This document shows positions 11,480 to 23,941 of a DNA stretch of 64,000 nt, piece by piece. A model generated the notes under the pieces. That model was not told the origin of the DNA and did not search any database. It saw nothing but the letters and a program-made list of their open reading frames with translations. How positions within the stretch are numbered: position 1 is the first letter of the stretch; every line of letters starts with the position of its first letter. Source of the DNA: Apus apus (Eukaryota); the NCBI RefSeq assembly GCF_020740795.1, contig NC_067282.1, positions 18,025,172 to 18,089,171 of the forward strand, read 5' to 3'. The position numbers and the translations under genes are program-made.

Positions 11480-12864
11480 GTAAGTTCTAGATTTATTTCT
11501 GAGATCTCAGTAGGAAAATATCAAGTGGTGCAAGTGTCGTAGAGTGTTAATCTTGCCATATGGAGAGAAGTAAGATCTGTAGAGATTATGTCTCTGTTCA
11601 ATACTTAAACTGAAATATTCAGTTTACATTCTTAATGCATCTGGCTCTGTAGTACTGAAATGTCACATAAAAAATCAAGAGTAATATTCTCCCTCCACAA
11701 GAGAACCAGGGAGGGTTTTTTTCCTGGATAAAATTGCCATGCTGTTTTTCTCTCTTCAACAAAGAGGGGAATCTCTGAATTAGGAGATGCATCACTGAAT
11801 TGGGTTTTGGTTATGTTATTGCTAGTGCAATTATTTGATTACTCAGGAGAAGATGGTTGTAGAGTTAGAGGTCAGTGATACTGCTGGGTTTTGTTTAAAT
11901 CCTGCATTATATTTTGAATATATATTGAACATGTAGCATGGATAAATCTAACTTCATAGTGAAGGCTTAATAACTTGTTACTTCTGCCACTTGACAGTGA
12001 CATTTATTTCCTCCTTCCCATTGCTAGTAATTAGAGCAAGCTCATAAATACTGTCATGTTAGAGTGCTTCCTTCTAATCCACTTTGGGGAGAAGGTAATG
12101 CATTTCAATTTTTTGTTGTCTCTGTATATAGTTTTTTTAATTTTGAGAATTAAGTGAGTTAATTTCTCCTTCTCTATCTTGCATAGCATTTCCCGATATA
12201 ACATTGGGTCAATTACTTCAAATCCTACTGTTACATATAATTCCCATAGGTGACTGTCATTTTACAAACATCAAAACTTGTATACACTGCCCTCAAGTGT
12301 CGCTAGTTTACATTGTGCATAACATAAGGTGTTGGCATTGAAGGAAAAAGAAGTGTTAAGAAAAGGAATATTGCAGGTACATTATTGTCTTGTTCAGAGC
12401 CCAGATGTTTCCTGGTGACTCTGACAATGCGCATCTCTTTAGGAGGGAAAGTGAAGAGTTGAAGAATAACATCAAGGTCTAGCAAGAGCAATTCAAAGGT
12501 GTGATAGAGTTCTTTGCACTGTAATTTCAGGATTCTCTAAGACATGTTGACACACCTCTTTGCAGTGGCTGTGATCTTGTAAAGAAGCAATGAGTGGACA
12601 ATAATTAAGGCTCACATTTATCCCATCAAACTGCTGATCTCCGGATATGATTTTGGGGGAAAAAGTCAGGGAAATTCCGTCATAGAAACAATAAACTTTG
12701 CTAAAAAAAACCTATTAAAAATAGCAAAACAATAGCAAATAAACTAAGAGTTAATGCAGTACAAATGTATATTAATTGAAATCTGTATTTTGAATAATTC
12801 AGTACAGTGAGAAAGATACTGCAGCACCTAAAATTTGTGATCTCTAGGATGCTGGGATATGTCC

Positions 12865-13515
12865 TTCGGTGAAGCCACTGAGGCGAGGAACACCAGAGCA
12901 AGGGATTGTGCTGGTGGACTCCTTCTGCAGAGCCGAAGCTGCAAGAAGGCCAGTGGTGTCCTGGGGTGTATTAGAAAGGGTGTGGTTAGTAGGTCAGGGG
13001 AGGTTCTCCTCCCCCTCCATTCTGCCTTGGTGAGGCTGCATCTGGAATATTGTGTCCAGTTCTGGGTCCCTCAGTTCCAGAAGGACAGGGAGTTGCTTGA
13101 AAGAGTCCAGTGCAGAGCCACAAAGATGATTAAGGGAGTGGAACATCTCCGTTATGAGGAAAGGCTGAGGGAGCTGGGTCTCTTTATCTTGGAGGAGACT
13201 GAGGGGTGACCTCATCAATGTTTACAAATATGTTAAGGGCGAGTGTCAGGAGGACAGAGCCAGGCTTTTTTCAGTGACGTCCAGTGATAGGACAAGGGGC
13301 AATGGGTGCAAAGTGGAGCATAGGAGGTTCCACGTAAACATCAGAAAATTTACTGTGAGAGTGACAGAGCACTGGAACAGGCTGCCCAGAGAGATTGTGG
13401 AGTCTCCTTCTCTGGAGACTGTTCCTGTGTGATGTGCTCTAGGTGACCCTGCCTGACAGGGGGTTGGACTAGATGATCTTTTGAGGTCCCTCCCAACCCT
13501 TAAGATTCTGTGATT
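12865..13515 (+). mobile_element. CR1 LINE 3' fragment (ORF2 C-terminus + 3' UTR)
   Basis: ORF 12859..13209 translates to the CR1 ORF2 C-terminal consensus (...[77 protein letters not shown]...). Followed by ...GGTTGGACTAGATGATCTTTTGAGGTCCCTCCCAACCC and an ATTCTGTG tail. Confidence 0.9.
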
Positions 13516-14105
13516 CTGTGAAAAGAAATGTGTCCAGCAGGGCCAGGGAAGGGATTCTGCCCCTCTGCTCTGCTCTGGTCAGACCCCACCTGGAATACTG
13601 TGTACAGTTCTGGTGCCCTCAGCACAAGAAATATATGGACCTGTTGGAAAGGGTCCAGAGAAGGGCCACCAAGATGATCCAAGGCCTGGAGCACCTCTGC
13701 TATGAAGACAAGCTGAGAGAGTTGGGGCTGTTCAGCCTGGAGAGGAGAAGGCTCCAGGGGGACCTTATAGCACCTTCCAGGACTTGAAAGGGGCTACAGG
13801 AAAGCTGAGGAGGGGTTTTCATCAGAGAAAATAGTGATCAGAGAGTATAGGGACAATGGTTTTAAACAGAGGGGAGATTTAGGTTAGATATTAGGAAGAA
13901 ATTCTTCACTATAAGGGTGGTGAGGAACTGAAATGGGTTTCCCAGGGAGGTTGTTGATGCCCCATCCCTGGAGGTTCTTAAGGCCAGGTTGGATGAGGTT
14001 TTGTGCAACCTGGTCTAGTCGTAGGGTTCCCTGCTCATGGCAGGGGGTTGGAACTTGATGATCTTTAAGGTCCTTTCCAACCTTAATGATTCTGTGATTC
14101 TATGA
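13516..14105 (+). mobile_element. Second CR1 LINE 3' fragment, abutting the first
   Basis: ORF 13518..13787 is CR1 ORF2 again ([71 protein letters not shown]). 3' end GGTTGGAACTTGATGATCTTTAAGGTCCTTTCCAACC plus TGATTCTGTGATTCTATG tail. Lies in PARP4 intron 1. Confidence 0.9.
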
Positions 14106-14276
14106 AGTGTTTCTAAATCAGATGTTTCAATTAAAATGCAGTCCAGATGGGCTGTCTGGTTTTAAATGTTTCATTAGGACTCAAGGCTTGTATCAGTATG
14201 AATTTCAAATAACAGTATTTTTATTAATATTGTAATTATGTGTGCATAGCAACTTTAATTGTAATCTGTCTTTCAG

Positions 14277-14472
14277 AGTACATACGTTCTTGTGGATACT
14301 GCTGATGTCTTGAGCTGTCGTGATCTAGAAAATATTCAGAAGTACCAGGTTCCTGTTTTATATGCAGATTTCATTTGGAAATCAATTGAAAAGGGGAAGC
14401 TTTTAGAGATTGATTCATATAAGGTTAACAAATCACATGATGACACTTCTGACCAAAGGCCTGGCAGACAGG
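14277..14472 (+). CDS. PARP4: PARP4 exon (BRCT domain)
   Basis: tttcag|AGT...; STYVLVDTADVLSCRDLENIQKYQVPVLYADFIWKSIEKGKLLEIDSYKVNK... vs human THIILDNADVLSQYQLNSIQKNHVHIANPDFIWKSIREKRLLDVKNYDP; donor CAGG|gtaggt, phase 1. Confidence 0.9.
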
Positions 14473-15438
14473 GTAGGTATAAGTGACGTAGTTTATTCAT
14501 CCATCAGTTTCTTTGGGAAACAATGTTTTAGAAGATGAATATGTAAACTTGCAATAAAGTTGATTAAAGAATATCAGTTTTTCAGAAAATAATTCTTGTT
14601 CCATTTTGTGGCTTCTTTCCATTTATTTTTTTTTCTTTCTTTTAATGAAACTTCAAATAAGACTTCAAGATGTAATTGTGGATAAAAAATTGAAAATAAC
14701 AAAGAAACTACTCCAACGACTGTCTTTATCTGACTCCTTCTTAAATTTTTTTTTATTTTAACAGAACAAAGTGGGTCTTCAGTGGGTCTTCACTTTATTT
14801 TATGAATACTCTGATGTGAATCATTATAAGTTTCAGAACTACATATAATAATAAGATTCAAGACCCCTGCATTTGTGCCTTTGCTGTGTCATTGAGTCTG
14901 TTGGATAAATCTGGTTTTGCAGAGCATGGCTGAAGCTGGGTAGATCCATTCAGTACCAATCCTAAATAGTTTCAAGCTAAAAGTAAAACTGCATTCATAC
15001 ACTGTATCTATGCAACTTAAAAAAAAAAGGAAGAGAGAGAAAAGCAAAGGAAACCAAGCAACCAACCACACAAACTCCCCAATACCAACATTAGCCATGG
15101 AAGAATAATTCTCAGGCTCTGTGGTCAAGTGAAGAAGTGCAGCTCTCAGCTCCATGCACTAATTCTTTTTCCCGTTCCTGTCATAGAAGTCAGGGTGGTA
15201 GGAATAAGCACTAACATAGTCCAGGGATGTACTACTGAAGGGCAGTTGCCCTTCAGTACTTGACTCTGTGTCCTGCCAGTTATATGGCTGAACACACTGT
15301 GACCTTAAAAGCTATAACTTGCTTCAACATTTAAAATGTTCATGAATATGAAGTGGTAGTATTTGTTTGATTAACCATTTGTAAGTTAAATTAGAGAAAA
15401 CAGCTACTATACTAAGTGAATAAATGTTTTGCTTGCAG

Positions 15439-15550
15439 CTGTGGAAGACCTGTCATCTTCTAAAAATAGAAGTGCCACAAAGAAAAATGAAAACAACAAT
15501 TACAACCCTACTTTTTTTGAAGATAGTGAGAGCAGAAATGAATCTGAAAG
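15439..15550 (+). CDS. PARP4: PARP4 exon (low-conservation linker)
   Basis: gcttgcag| acceptor and AG|gtaaag donor. Reading frame stays open in the phase handed on from the previous exon (AVEDLSSSKNRSATKKNENNNYNPTFFEDSESRNESE). Lies between two well-matched exons. Confidence 0.65.
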
Positions 15551-16689
15551 GTAAAGTAAAATAAAATATGCATTTTGATACATCTGTGTTGATATTTCTA
15601 TAAATTGAAAAAAACCCAAAACCAAAACAAACCTCCACTTCCCAGTCTGTTTCAGTGACTTCTGGAGACAGCTCTTGTTATCTAAACAATGTAGTTGAAG
15701 ATAAAATTGTTCTTTATTCATGTTCTGTATTCTGTGTAGATGAATTTATAATGGCTTCTTTTTTATTTTTTTTTACTTGTTTCTCTTTTTTTTTTTTTTC
15801 TTTTTGACCTTCAGATCTGATGGTGGAAATTTATTTTACATTTTTCCTTCTCAGTGTCTCAGTGTACACCTACAGTCCAGCTCCCTGATACATGCAAAGC
15901 TACCAATTCTGTAGGCATTAATATGATTCAAGTTTTATGATTGGACATCTGCTTATCATCACAGTTTTTTCTTGATTCACATGAGTTTTTGTAATCCAGT
16001 CTGATTCATTGTTTTTAGAAGTGCTGAGCATCTGTGTTTCTCTTGAAAATTCTTGGAAGACCTGAAAATGAAGATAACTGAGACTGCTTTTAGCTGATAG
16101 GGAAGCAGAGTTGTTTTAACTGTTTCTACTTAATGAGTTAAGACAACAAAACCAGCTCCCACACTCTTAAATGTATTAACAAGATGCAGTTTTCACTTTT
16201 AGAGACTGCTGTTCAGTCATAGGGTAGGTATTTGGCTCCTCTGTAGGAATGCACTGGAAATTACACTTTGTCTAAATGTCCTGATGCTAAGGGATGCAAT
16301 TACACGTATAAATCCTCATGTGGAGCTCAGAAATAAGGGAGGAGTTAGCTTCAGACAGTACAAGCAGCTGATTAAGCTATTAAAAAATTAACATGTAACC
16401 AAGCAATGAAAATGCATTTATCATGTTGTTTACATAGTTTTTTTTAAAGTATGAAGATTGAAATCTAGTTTTCAGCTCTACACTAGACATTCTGGCCTGT
16501 TCATGCAGCAGCTTATCCAAGTGGGATTTCACATGTCAAACTTTTTTTAGTTGTTATTTTGCTGCTGAAAAATAGTTCTGTCTTTTTACATTAGTTCTTA
16601 CTTTAGTATGAAGTTGCAGCCTATTACAGCATGGTATTTACTGGGCATACATTATTTTAATTGCTCTGATTCTGTTTCATATCTTACAG

Positions 16690-16759
16690 TGAAAATGATC
16701 AAGATACTCCTTTTTTTCCCCAAGATTTTGAAGTTGCAAAATACAGTGTCCTTGAAAAA
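16690..16759 (+). CDS. PARP4: PARP4 exon
   Basis: ttacag|T...; ENDQDTPFFPQDFEVAKYSVLEK vs human HLPQDFEVAKYNTLEK; donor AAA|gtaagc. Confidence 0.9.
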
Positions 16760-17286
16760 GTAAGCCCTTCTGTTATTGTGAGAGAATTGTAGGGGGATCA
16801 GTAGTTGAATAAAAGGTTTACAGTTTTAAACACATTAGCAATAACTCTTCTATGTCATCCCATACTGCAATGCAAAGAGAAGTACTGAAAAGTACTTCAA
16901 TGCTTTATGTCTTTCAGTGCAGCCTAATTCTACCCACATAAAACTTTGCTATTACTGCTGTTTGCTTCTGACAAGATACGTTATCATGGCTGTTATGTGT
17001 TAAATTGAATTTAAATTTTTAACTTTTCTATTAAAATTCTTTCCAAACACAAAAATTATTGAAGTGTTCAGCAACCAATACAGTGAAGCCCTGAGAGGAG
17101 CTTTTGCTTGTTACTATGATACAATTAATGACTCATTCTGCTTCTCTTCTTAGCCAGTGTGTGTGGTTCTAAACAAGGAGAAAAGATAAGTAGGACAAGG
17201 GAAAGTACTTGGCGCAATATCATGTGAATGAAACATACTTAGGCAATAAATTTGGGGTTGGGGGCTTTATTTATCTCTCCATTTAG

Positions 17287-17400
17287 GTTAACTCCAGTGA
17301 AAGCAAGGATTTTGTAGTTATTGAGTTACAGTGTGCCCTAGAGCCTTGTGCGTTTCCATTTCGACTATATGCACACTTCAGTACATCAGATGGAGCTGAG
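17287..17400 (+). CDS. PARP4: PARP4 exon
   Basis: catttag|GTT; VNSSESKDFVVIELQCALEPCAFPFRLYAHFSTSDGAE vs human VGMEGGQEAVVVELQCSRDSRDCPFLISSHFLLDDGME; donor GAG|gtatga. Confidence 0.88.
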
Positions 17401-18138
17401 GTATGAACCACTCATTGATGTTACCTGTTTGTTTCTTTGTGCGTGCTGAGTGTACCCACTCCAGAGCTTCAGATGCTTTTCATCCTTCTTTACAGGCTAG
17501 TCTGTGGGTATAGATAATAGGAGGTCATTCTGTTAGGCTCTGCGTTTATAGTTGGCTCCTCTATTCTGTGTTTGCTTACAACTTGCTCAAAATAAGTCTT
17601 TTGGGACTTGGCTGCAACACAGCATGGTCTTGGATGCACCTGCCTCATACTCACACGTATCTTCCTAGCAGTATCTAAACTGTATAATGACATGTTTACA
17701 TGCTGAAATGCTGTAACAAGTGAAACTCTGGACATGTTAGTGAGAGAAAAGCTTGTCTTTAGGGCAGCCCGAATGTTTCTTAGCATACAAGTTACATGTC
17801 CACTCCAGGATAGCACTTGCAGTCTGTGTCACTTTAACATTATATTCAAGTCAAAGGAGCTGTACCAGGGATGAATTTCGAATAGTTCAATTGATAGAAC
17901 AAGTTCTTCCAGCACACATTTAGATGAACCTATGTTGTCACTGTGGGGTTAGTATATGGAGCACTGTGCTTGTTCTTTGTGTCCCATGAACCCTTACGAA
18001 AGCACTGCCTTGCTGTAAACAAATCACAACCCAGAAGGTTAAGTGTGGATTGTCAGCTGTTAGAGCAAGGCCTGGTAAAATGGATTCTTTAAGTCACTAT
18101 TTAGTTTCTTTGACTAATTTTACTCTTTCAATTTACAG

Positions 18139-18265
18139 AATCATAAACAATTCCTAACTGGTACTGCTGAAGAAATCAGAGAAAAGTACTGTACTTTTAT
18201 TGCAGACCTGAAGAGCCAGGATTTTCTGCTCAGAGAAACTTTTCCACCAGAAGCAGAATCTTTAG
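18139..18265 (+). CDS. PARP4: PARP4 exon
   Basis: atttacag|AAT; NHKQFLTGTAEEIREKYCTFIADLKSQDFLLRETFPPEAESL vs human ...YFENYIEELKKQGFLLREHFTPEATQL; donor TTAG|gttcta, phase 1. Confidence 0.85.
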
Positions 18266-19508
18266 GTTCTACAAAGTTGCAAAAGGCCTGTACAACTTGC
18301 GTGTTTACACTTTTCTTTCCTTTACAATTTGGTTTTGTTTCAAGTTTTCTGAATGTGGTAAACGTTGTATAGATTACCATGATGCAGCCATAGGTTAAGA
18401 TAAACTGTTTACATGTCAAGTTTTGGAATTAATTTTTTTTCAGAATATTGAATGAAGTACTAATTCAATCAATGTGATACATAAAAAGTGATGTGCTGAT
18501 ATAGCAAACAGAATTGTTGTGTGATGTATGACTTTGTCAGAATTATTCTGCACACTATACAGATGTCATAGGCTTGATGTAGATAGTATTGGAATCAGTA
18601 ACAGGACTGCCCTCAATGACAATAGCAGATAGATTCTGCTCCCTAAAATACACTGCAGACAATGTTTTACTGCTTTTTAAAATGGTTGTAGTGTGACAGA
18701 ATTTTTTTCTCATTGTACTTTACCTGCTTCTCTCTTCCACCATGGTTGGCTTCTATTATAGGGCACAGCTGGCACTTAGATTATATCCAGCAATGTTGAA
18801 AGGCCCACATATGTCCACCAGTGATCTCATAAGCCTTGTGGTTAATGCCATATAAACAAGTAATGTAGAATATCCAAACTTGCATGAGAATTGTACAATG
18901 GCATCAAGTTTAATGGCAGTTTCTGGAGTTGTAGAACACTGAGGAAAAGCTCAAGTCAATTTTTAAACAATGTTTCTCAGAAGAACATAAGAAAATCTGT
19001 TGTCACAACTCTCTATGACGTATGAATTTAACTGGTTTTCATGGCCTTTCTGTTCTCCCGTAACTTTGCTGCTCCTATTTTTTATTTTCATGGAAATAAT
19101 GTCTTTCCCACCAGAGCTCTCTGAAAGAGACCTGGTGTCATCTGAGAGGTGTTAGAAAACACTGGCCATTTTGAACCATCTGTTCTTTCACCAGCTGTGC
19201 AAAAAAGGAAATGGCTGGGGTCTGCAGGCTATTATTTCCATATACTTCTGTCTTCTTCAAGACTTCATGTCTCAATTTTCAAGAGAGGTCATGGCCACCT
19301 GCCTGCTGTGCTGTCCACTGGGAAGAATTTATAAAAGCAAACCTTCCTTGAGCTCAATGGGACCAAAGAAATTATACTAAACATGAATTAACACTGTATT
19401 TTTTATGATAATAATATAGTTCAGTTATCTGTGCGAGAACATCGCTGCTATTACTTCCATCTTCGTCTTTTCACTGGATTGTGTTTATTTTACTACAGTT
19501 ACTTCTAG

Positions 19509-19636
19509 AAGAAGCCATCCATTCAAGTGTTATATGTGAGGAAGTGAGTGACTTTGTGGAACTGATCTGGGCAGAAACTGTTGGCCATCTGGATAGTTTA
19601 CTGCTTGAATCAGTGAACAACATAAGCCTAAATGAT
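19509..19636 (+). CDS. PARP4: PARP4 exon (downstream of two tandem acceptors; only this one keeps frame)
   Basis: cttctag|AAGAAGCC...; (E)EAIHSSVICEEVSDFVELIWAETVGHLDSLLLESVNNISLND vs human LLLEEVMNSSTLSQEVSDLVEMIWAEALGHLEHMLLKPVNRISLND; donor GAT|gtaagt. The upstream acceptor ctacag|TTA at 19499 would be out of frame with the phase-1 end of the previous exon. Confidence 0.75.
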
Positions 19637-21581
19637 GTAAGTTAATTCTTACTGTTCTGTGAGGAAGAATACATAAATGCTGTTAGAAGTATTTTTTTCC
19701 CAGCAAATGTGTATGTTGTGTTTCAGATTGTAATTACACTTTTGATACTTCTGCACTTCAACAAATCTGTGCTTCAGAAATTTTTGTTTCAAATTTTGTT
19801 TTAGAATCATGTCACTAGAAAAATGCTGTAATTCTTAGGCCAGATGCCTGTCTTTTCCATTTTATAGCAATTTACACAATTCCCATGGGAGTATCCCTTC
19901 AATGAGATAAGTCAGGTCACATAAGAAGGTATTCATAGAAGACATTGCATAATAGCAGGTGGCTGTCTCCTGCCATCTTTCGTGTAACCATGCTTCAGTC
20001 AGCCATTCTCTTGCAATGAAAAAATAGTTCTAATTATAGTCCTTGTCTGCATTATCAGATGGCACATGTAATTATCACACAGCTACTCTTGAAGGCCTTT
20101 GGATTTTACAGCTGTTAACAAGGGTAACTGCATATCCACCCCCTTTGTTAACAATATGGCTTGTTAAATCCCACTTTCCCACATACCTCAATTCTTTTGC
20201 TTTGCTCCCGAGACGTTTAAGAGGATAATGTTTATTCATCCAATTTAGGTTCATATAACTTCACAAATGGCCAACAAAATGTCTGTTTAAGACAAAAGTG
20301 TTTTTCATCTCTCTTATCACTGAAGGCAAAGTTACCTGAAGATTATGTTAGTTTTAAATTGGAAGACCATTGCCAGTAGAAGGTCCCCAATTCTGAAATT
20401 ACTTTGCCCTAGTCTTATTACATGAAACTCACTTTTGATGCTCTTCAGTTGATGTATGGTAGAAGAATATTGCTTTCACTTTTTGATGCAGAAATAGTAC
20501 ACATTTATGTAGGTTCTGGTGACTAAGCAGTACATTATTAATATTGTATACATGTACTCAGAGACAGTAGTGAGTGCACTGCATAAATCAGCAGACGTAA
20601 ACTAAATGCTGTTTATGGTAAGTGCTTTTTATGAGGTGCAGTTGTTTGGATATTAAAATTCCTAACATATTTCAGGTAGGTGAAATTTGATAATAATTTT
20701 ATAAACAACATTCAGTCACTGGAATCTTTTGCAAGAGCTGAACCATAGGCTTAAAAAATTCTGTATCTCAATGCATCAATCTGCAAGAATATGATAAAAC
20801 TGTTTTCCCTAACTTTGCCCATGTATAATCAAATTGCAAGCGAAATAGCATTTGTATTGAAAGAAATAAAATCTTTGGATTTTTGAAAGACAATAGTTAA
20901 GTGTGTGGCTATTCAGTTAGATTAATCCTCTATTTTTTTCAAAGGCAGAGACAGAAACCAGTCTTGGATCAGTACTGAACTGCAGTAAGACATTGCTGTA
21001 CAGCCTCTAATGTCAACATTTTACTAGATATTGCCTGTGGTTCATGTAAATTATAAAGCATTTTGCCTTTTTCCTCTTGCATTGAAAAGACAAAATAATA
21101 TAGTCTGTGAAAAATTTCCAATTGAGAAGGAATATACAGATACAGGCAAATCTTATGTCCTGTATGTCAGTACTTCTGTTTTATTTGTAGATTGCACTTT
21201 ATAATTAGGACTTTGACTCTGCTTTATGTATTTTAGGACTAATTAGTGCACTTCATCCATGCATTAAAGCTGAATTAATAAGATTTTAAGGAACATTATA
21301 TTTCAATCAGATTCATATTCTGTTTTATTTCAGGGAGGTTATTTTACTGTCTCTTAGCTCTGCTTGAGGTACTTCACAAGTAGCCCAGTATAAGAGCAGC
21401 ATAATATCCAGCTTTTAAATACTGTTCTCATATACCAGCTGCAAGAAAATACTTTGTGGGTATCGCACTAACAAGAGTTAAAGTTGTATTTCAGTGTGGA
21501 ATTAAATTATGCATTATCTCTATTTATTGTTCTGTGCTCTTTCTGCAATAGCTTTCAGTTCAATAATCTCTTATTTTAAAG

Positions 21582-21755
21582 GTGAGCAAAGCAGAAGGTA
21601 TTTTACTCCAAGTAAAGAATGCACTGGATGAGGGAGCTGGCGAGGCGGCACTGCGAGAGATGATGATGGAATTCTATCGAGTTATACGTCACAAAACTGA
21701 AATAGACTACACAGTTTCCAAAAAGTTGCTATCTAGAAAACAGGACCTGTGTCAG
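21582..21755 (+). CDS. PARP4: PARP4 exon
   Basis: tttaaag|GTG; VSKAEGILLQVKNALDEGAGEAALREMMMEFYRVIRHKTEIDYTVSKKLLSRKQDLCQ vs human VSKAEGILLLVKAALKNGETAEQLQKMMTEFYRLIPHKGT...LLAKKADLCQ; donor CAG|gtaact. Confidence 0.92.
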
Positions 21756-23780
21756 GTAACTTTCTCAGATTGCTAGGAAGCTCTGATCTGCACTGTGCTA
21801 CAACAGTTTTGAACATGGTCACTAGATAAATTGACAGGATAGTTTGCCTAGCTAGTTACAGGCTGTCAGTTAAAAAAATTATTTGTTGGAATCTTGTGAG
21901 TAGAGTAATGCTCAGGAGGGGAATGCAGTGGGTTGAACAGGAAGACTAGTTGCTGTCCAGATGGTGATGAGTTACTACTGCAATCATTGTTGTGATGGCC
22001 TCTTCAGGTGAATCAAAAGAGAATCACAGAACTGTTAGCGTCCAGCTGATCCTTGCAACTACTTCAGCATATATATAATCGCTTTCTATTGATTACCTTG
22101 AATTATATACAACATATATCTAAGCTATTTTAACTATATACTGTGACTGTTTTGTGTACCCTTTCCTTTCTTGCGTCTGCAGGAACAGTTTCCAGAGATT
22201 ATTTACAATTACCAATCAATGTACATCTTGGTCTGTTCCTAATTCTACAGCAGAAACTGCCTGGGGGAGATCCCTGGACTACCTGGATTGTTTAGTGCAA
22301 GAAGTTAGCACATTTAAACTGATAACATCTATCAGTTTGTCTAGGCACAGCTGGCCTGCCTAGGGGGATCTTCAAGGATCTACTCCCCAGATGTCCCCCT
22401 GAGCTCCTGTGTTAATTAGTCAGTTCCTTCATTTTGAATCTGGCTAGGAGTTCAGTCAATCAGGAGTTCAGTTACTGTACTGTCAGTCAGTCCATTGTCT
22501 CATCGTTGCAGAAACTAGTTGGGAAACTGTGAGCCTGCTGGGCTGATTGCCAATGAGGTGTGCTGGGAGTGCACACAGATTCAGCCCTTACAGGCTGGCT
22601 GCTCTTTAAGGGCAAGCAGATGGGGCTGGGGGTGAAAGGCTAGGGCAGTTATACCACTGGCAGTGCCTCTAGTCCCACAGTACCCAAACAGGAAGAGCAG
22701 GGCAGGTGAGAGTGACTGCTGGTGACAGTAGCCAGGGTCAGTCCAAGTTGCCTCCTCATTATGGCTTGTATGACAGGTCCAAAGCCAAACCAGCAACTTG
22801 AGTCCACAGGATCTGGGTCAGAACCAGGGAGATGGGAGGCTGGATGCAGGCATGTTAGCAACATAGCTCAGCCAAGAGACCAAGAGCAAGAGCCTAAGCT
22901 AACAGGCATCTCTTGAGCGAAGGAGGGGCAGGAATTGTCTGAGTCTTCTCACAGCTCTTTCAAGGTTCCACAACTGCACTGTCAGAGCTGGCCCTGAGCC
23001 CAAGCAGCCAGCCCTCTGGGGAGGTGAGAAGCACTCAGAGCTCTCACAGCTACATCACTCTTGTAACTCTAAAGCAAACTCCCATTTCCTCCTTGTATTG
23101 CAATTATAATTAAAATTCCATAGATTCTGCCAAAGATGCCTCTTTCTGTTGGCAAAAGATACCCAGAAGTCAGTCTTCTGTAAGCCACAAAATATAAAGG
23201 TGAGAGAGGTGAGGAGGTGCCTTACTGTTCTAAAAGAACAAATGTTCATAGTATTGTTAATTAAAACCTTTTGCTGTTTCTGATGTAAGAAAAATACCTA
23301 TGTCTCCTAAAGCTCTCTCATGACTTAGCGAACTGTACAATCTTTTCATCCTCCTTTCTCCCACTCTAAGAAAATTACATGGGTGGTTTGTGCTACTGCC
23401 CTGGCTGGATAGTGACGTCAGGGACAGTATGGAAGATTCTGACAAGTAGGGATTGCCTCATAAGTAAAATCAAAACGGTAACCAAGTACAAATACTGGTT
23501 GGTGGAGCTGTTATGAGCAGACTCCATTAAAAGCTTGATTTGGAGCTGTAGAGAAGAAGTTGAACTCTATTTCTCATATACCTTTTCCTTCTGAATTGTT
23601 TTCAGTACGTTCTACAGCTGTTTGCTCTTGTTCTAAATGGTGTCTAACAAGTGGAAATGTTATTTTGGATACTCTATTTAATTGTTACAAAACGATTTCT
23701 TTATATAATTCCGTTTGGTTTGCGTGTTTCCTTAACTAAAATATATCACTTACTCATAATTTTTTGTCTGTATTTTCTAG

Positions 23781-23941
23781 CTAATCAGAGACATGCTTAA
23801 TATATGTGAAACAAGTATGTCGTGCCCAAACCCATCATCTTTGGCCAAGTACCGAGCTCTGAGGTGCAGGATCGAAGCTGTTGACTCAACAAGTCATGAA
23901 TTCCTCAACATTCAACAACAAGTGTTAAAAAACAATTACAA
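23781..23941 (+). CDS. PARP4: PARP4 exon
   Basis: ttttctag|CTA; LIRDMLNICETSMSCPNPSSLAKYRALRCRIEAVDSTSHEFLNIQQQVLKNNY vs human LIRDMVNVCETNLSKPNPPSLAKYRALRCKIEHVEQNTEEFLRVRKEVLQNHH; donor AA|gtgagt, phase 2. Confidence 0.92.

Noticed and set aside
12859-13787. ORFs 12859..13209 and 13518..13787 as possible host genes
   Set aside because: - They are CR1 LINE ORF2 C-terminal remnants (LEYCVQFW...[12 protein letters not shown] motif).
- They are truncated, and each is followed by the CR1 3' hairpin and tail.
19499-19508. Upstream acceptor (ctacag|TTA) for the PARP4 exon at 19509
   Set aside because: - It gives a better match to human LLLEE, but it is out of frame with the phase-1 end of the preceding exon.
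- I kept it only as an alternative in the findings.
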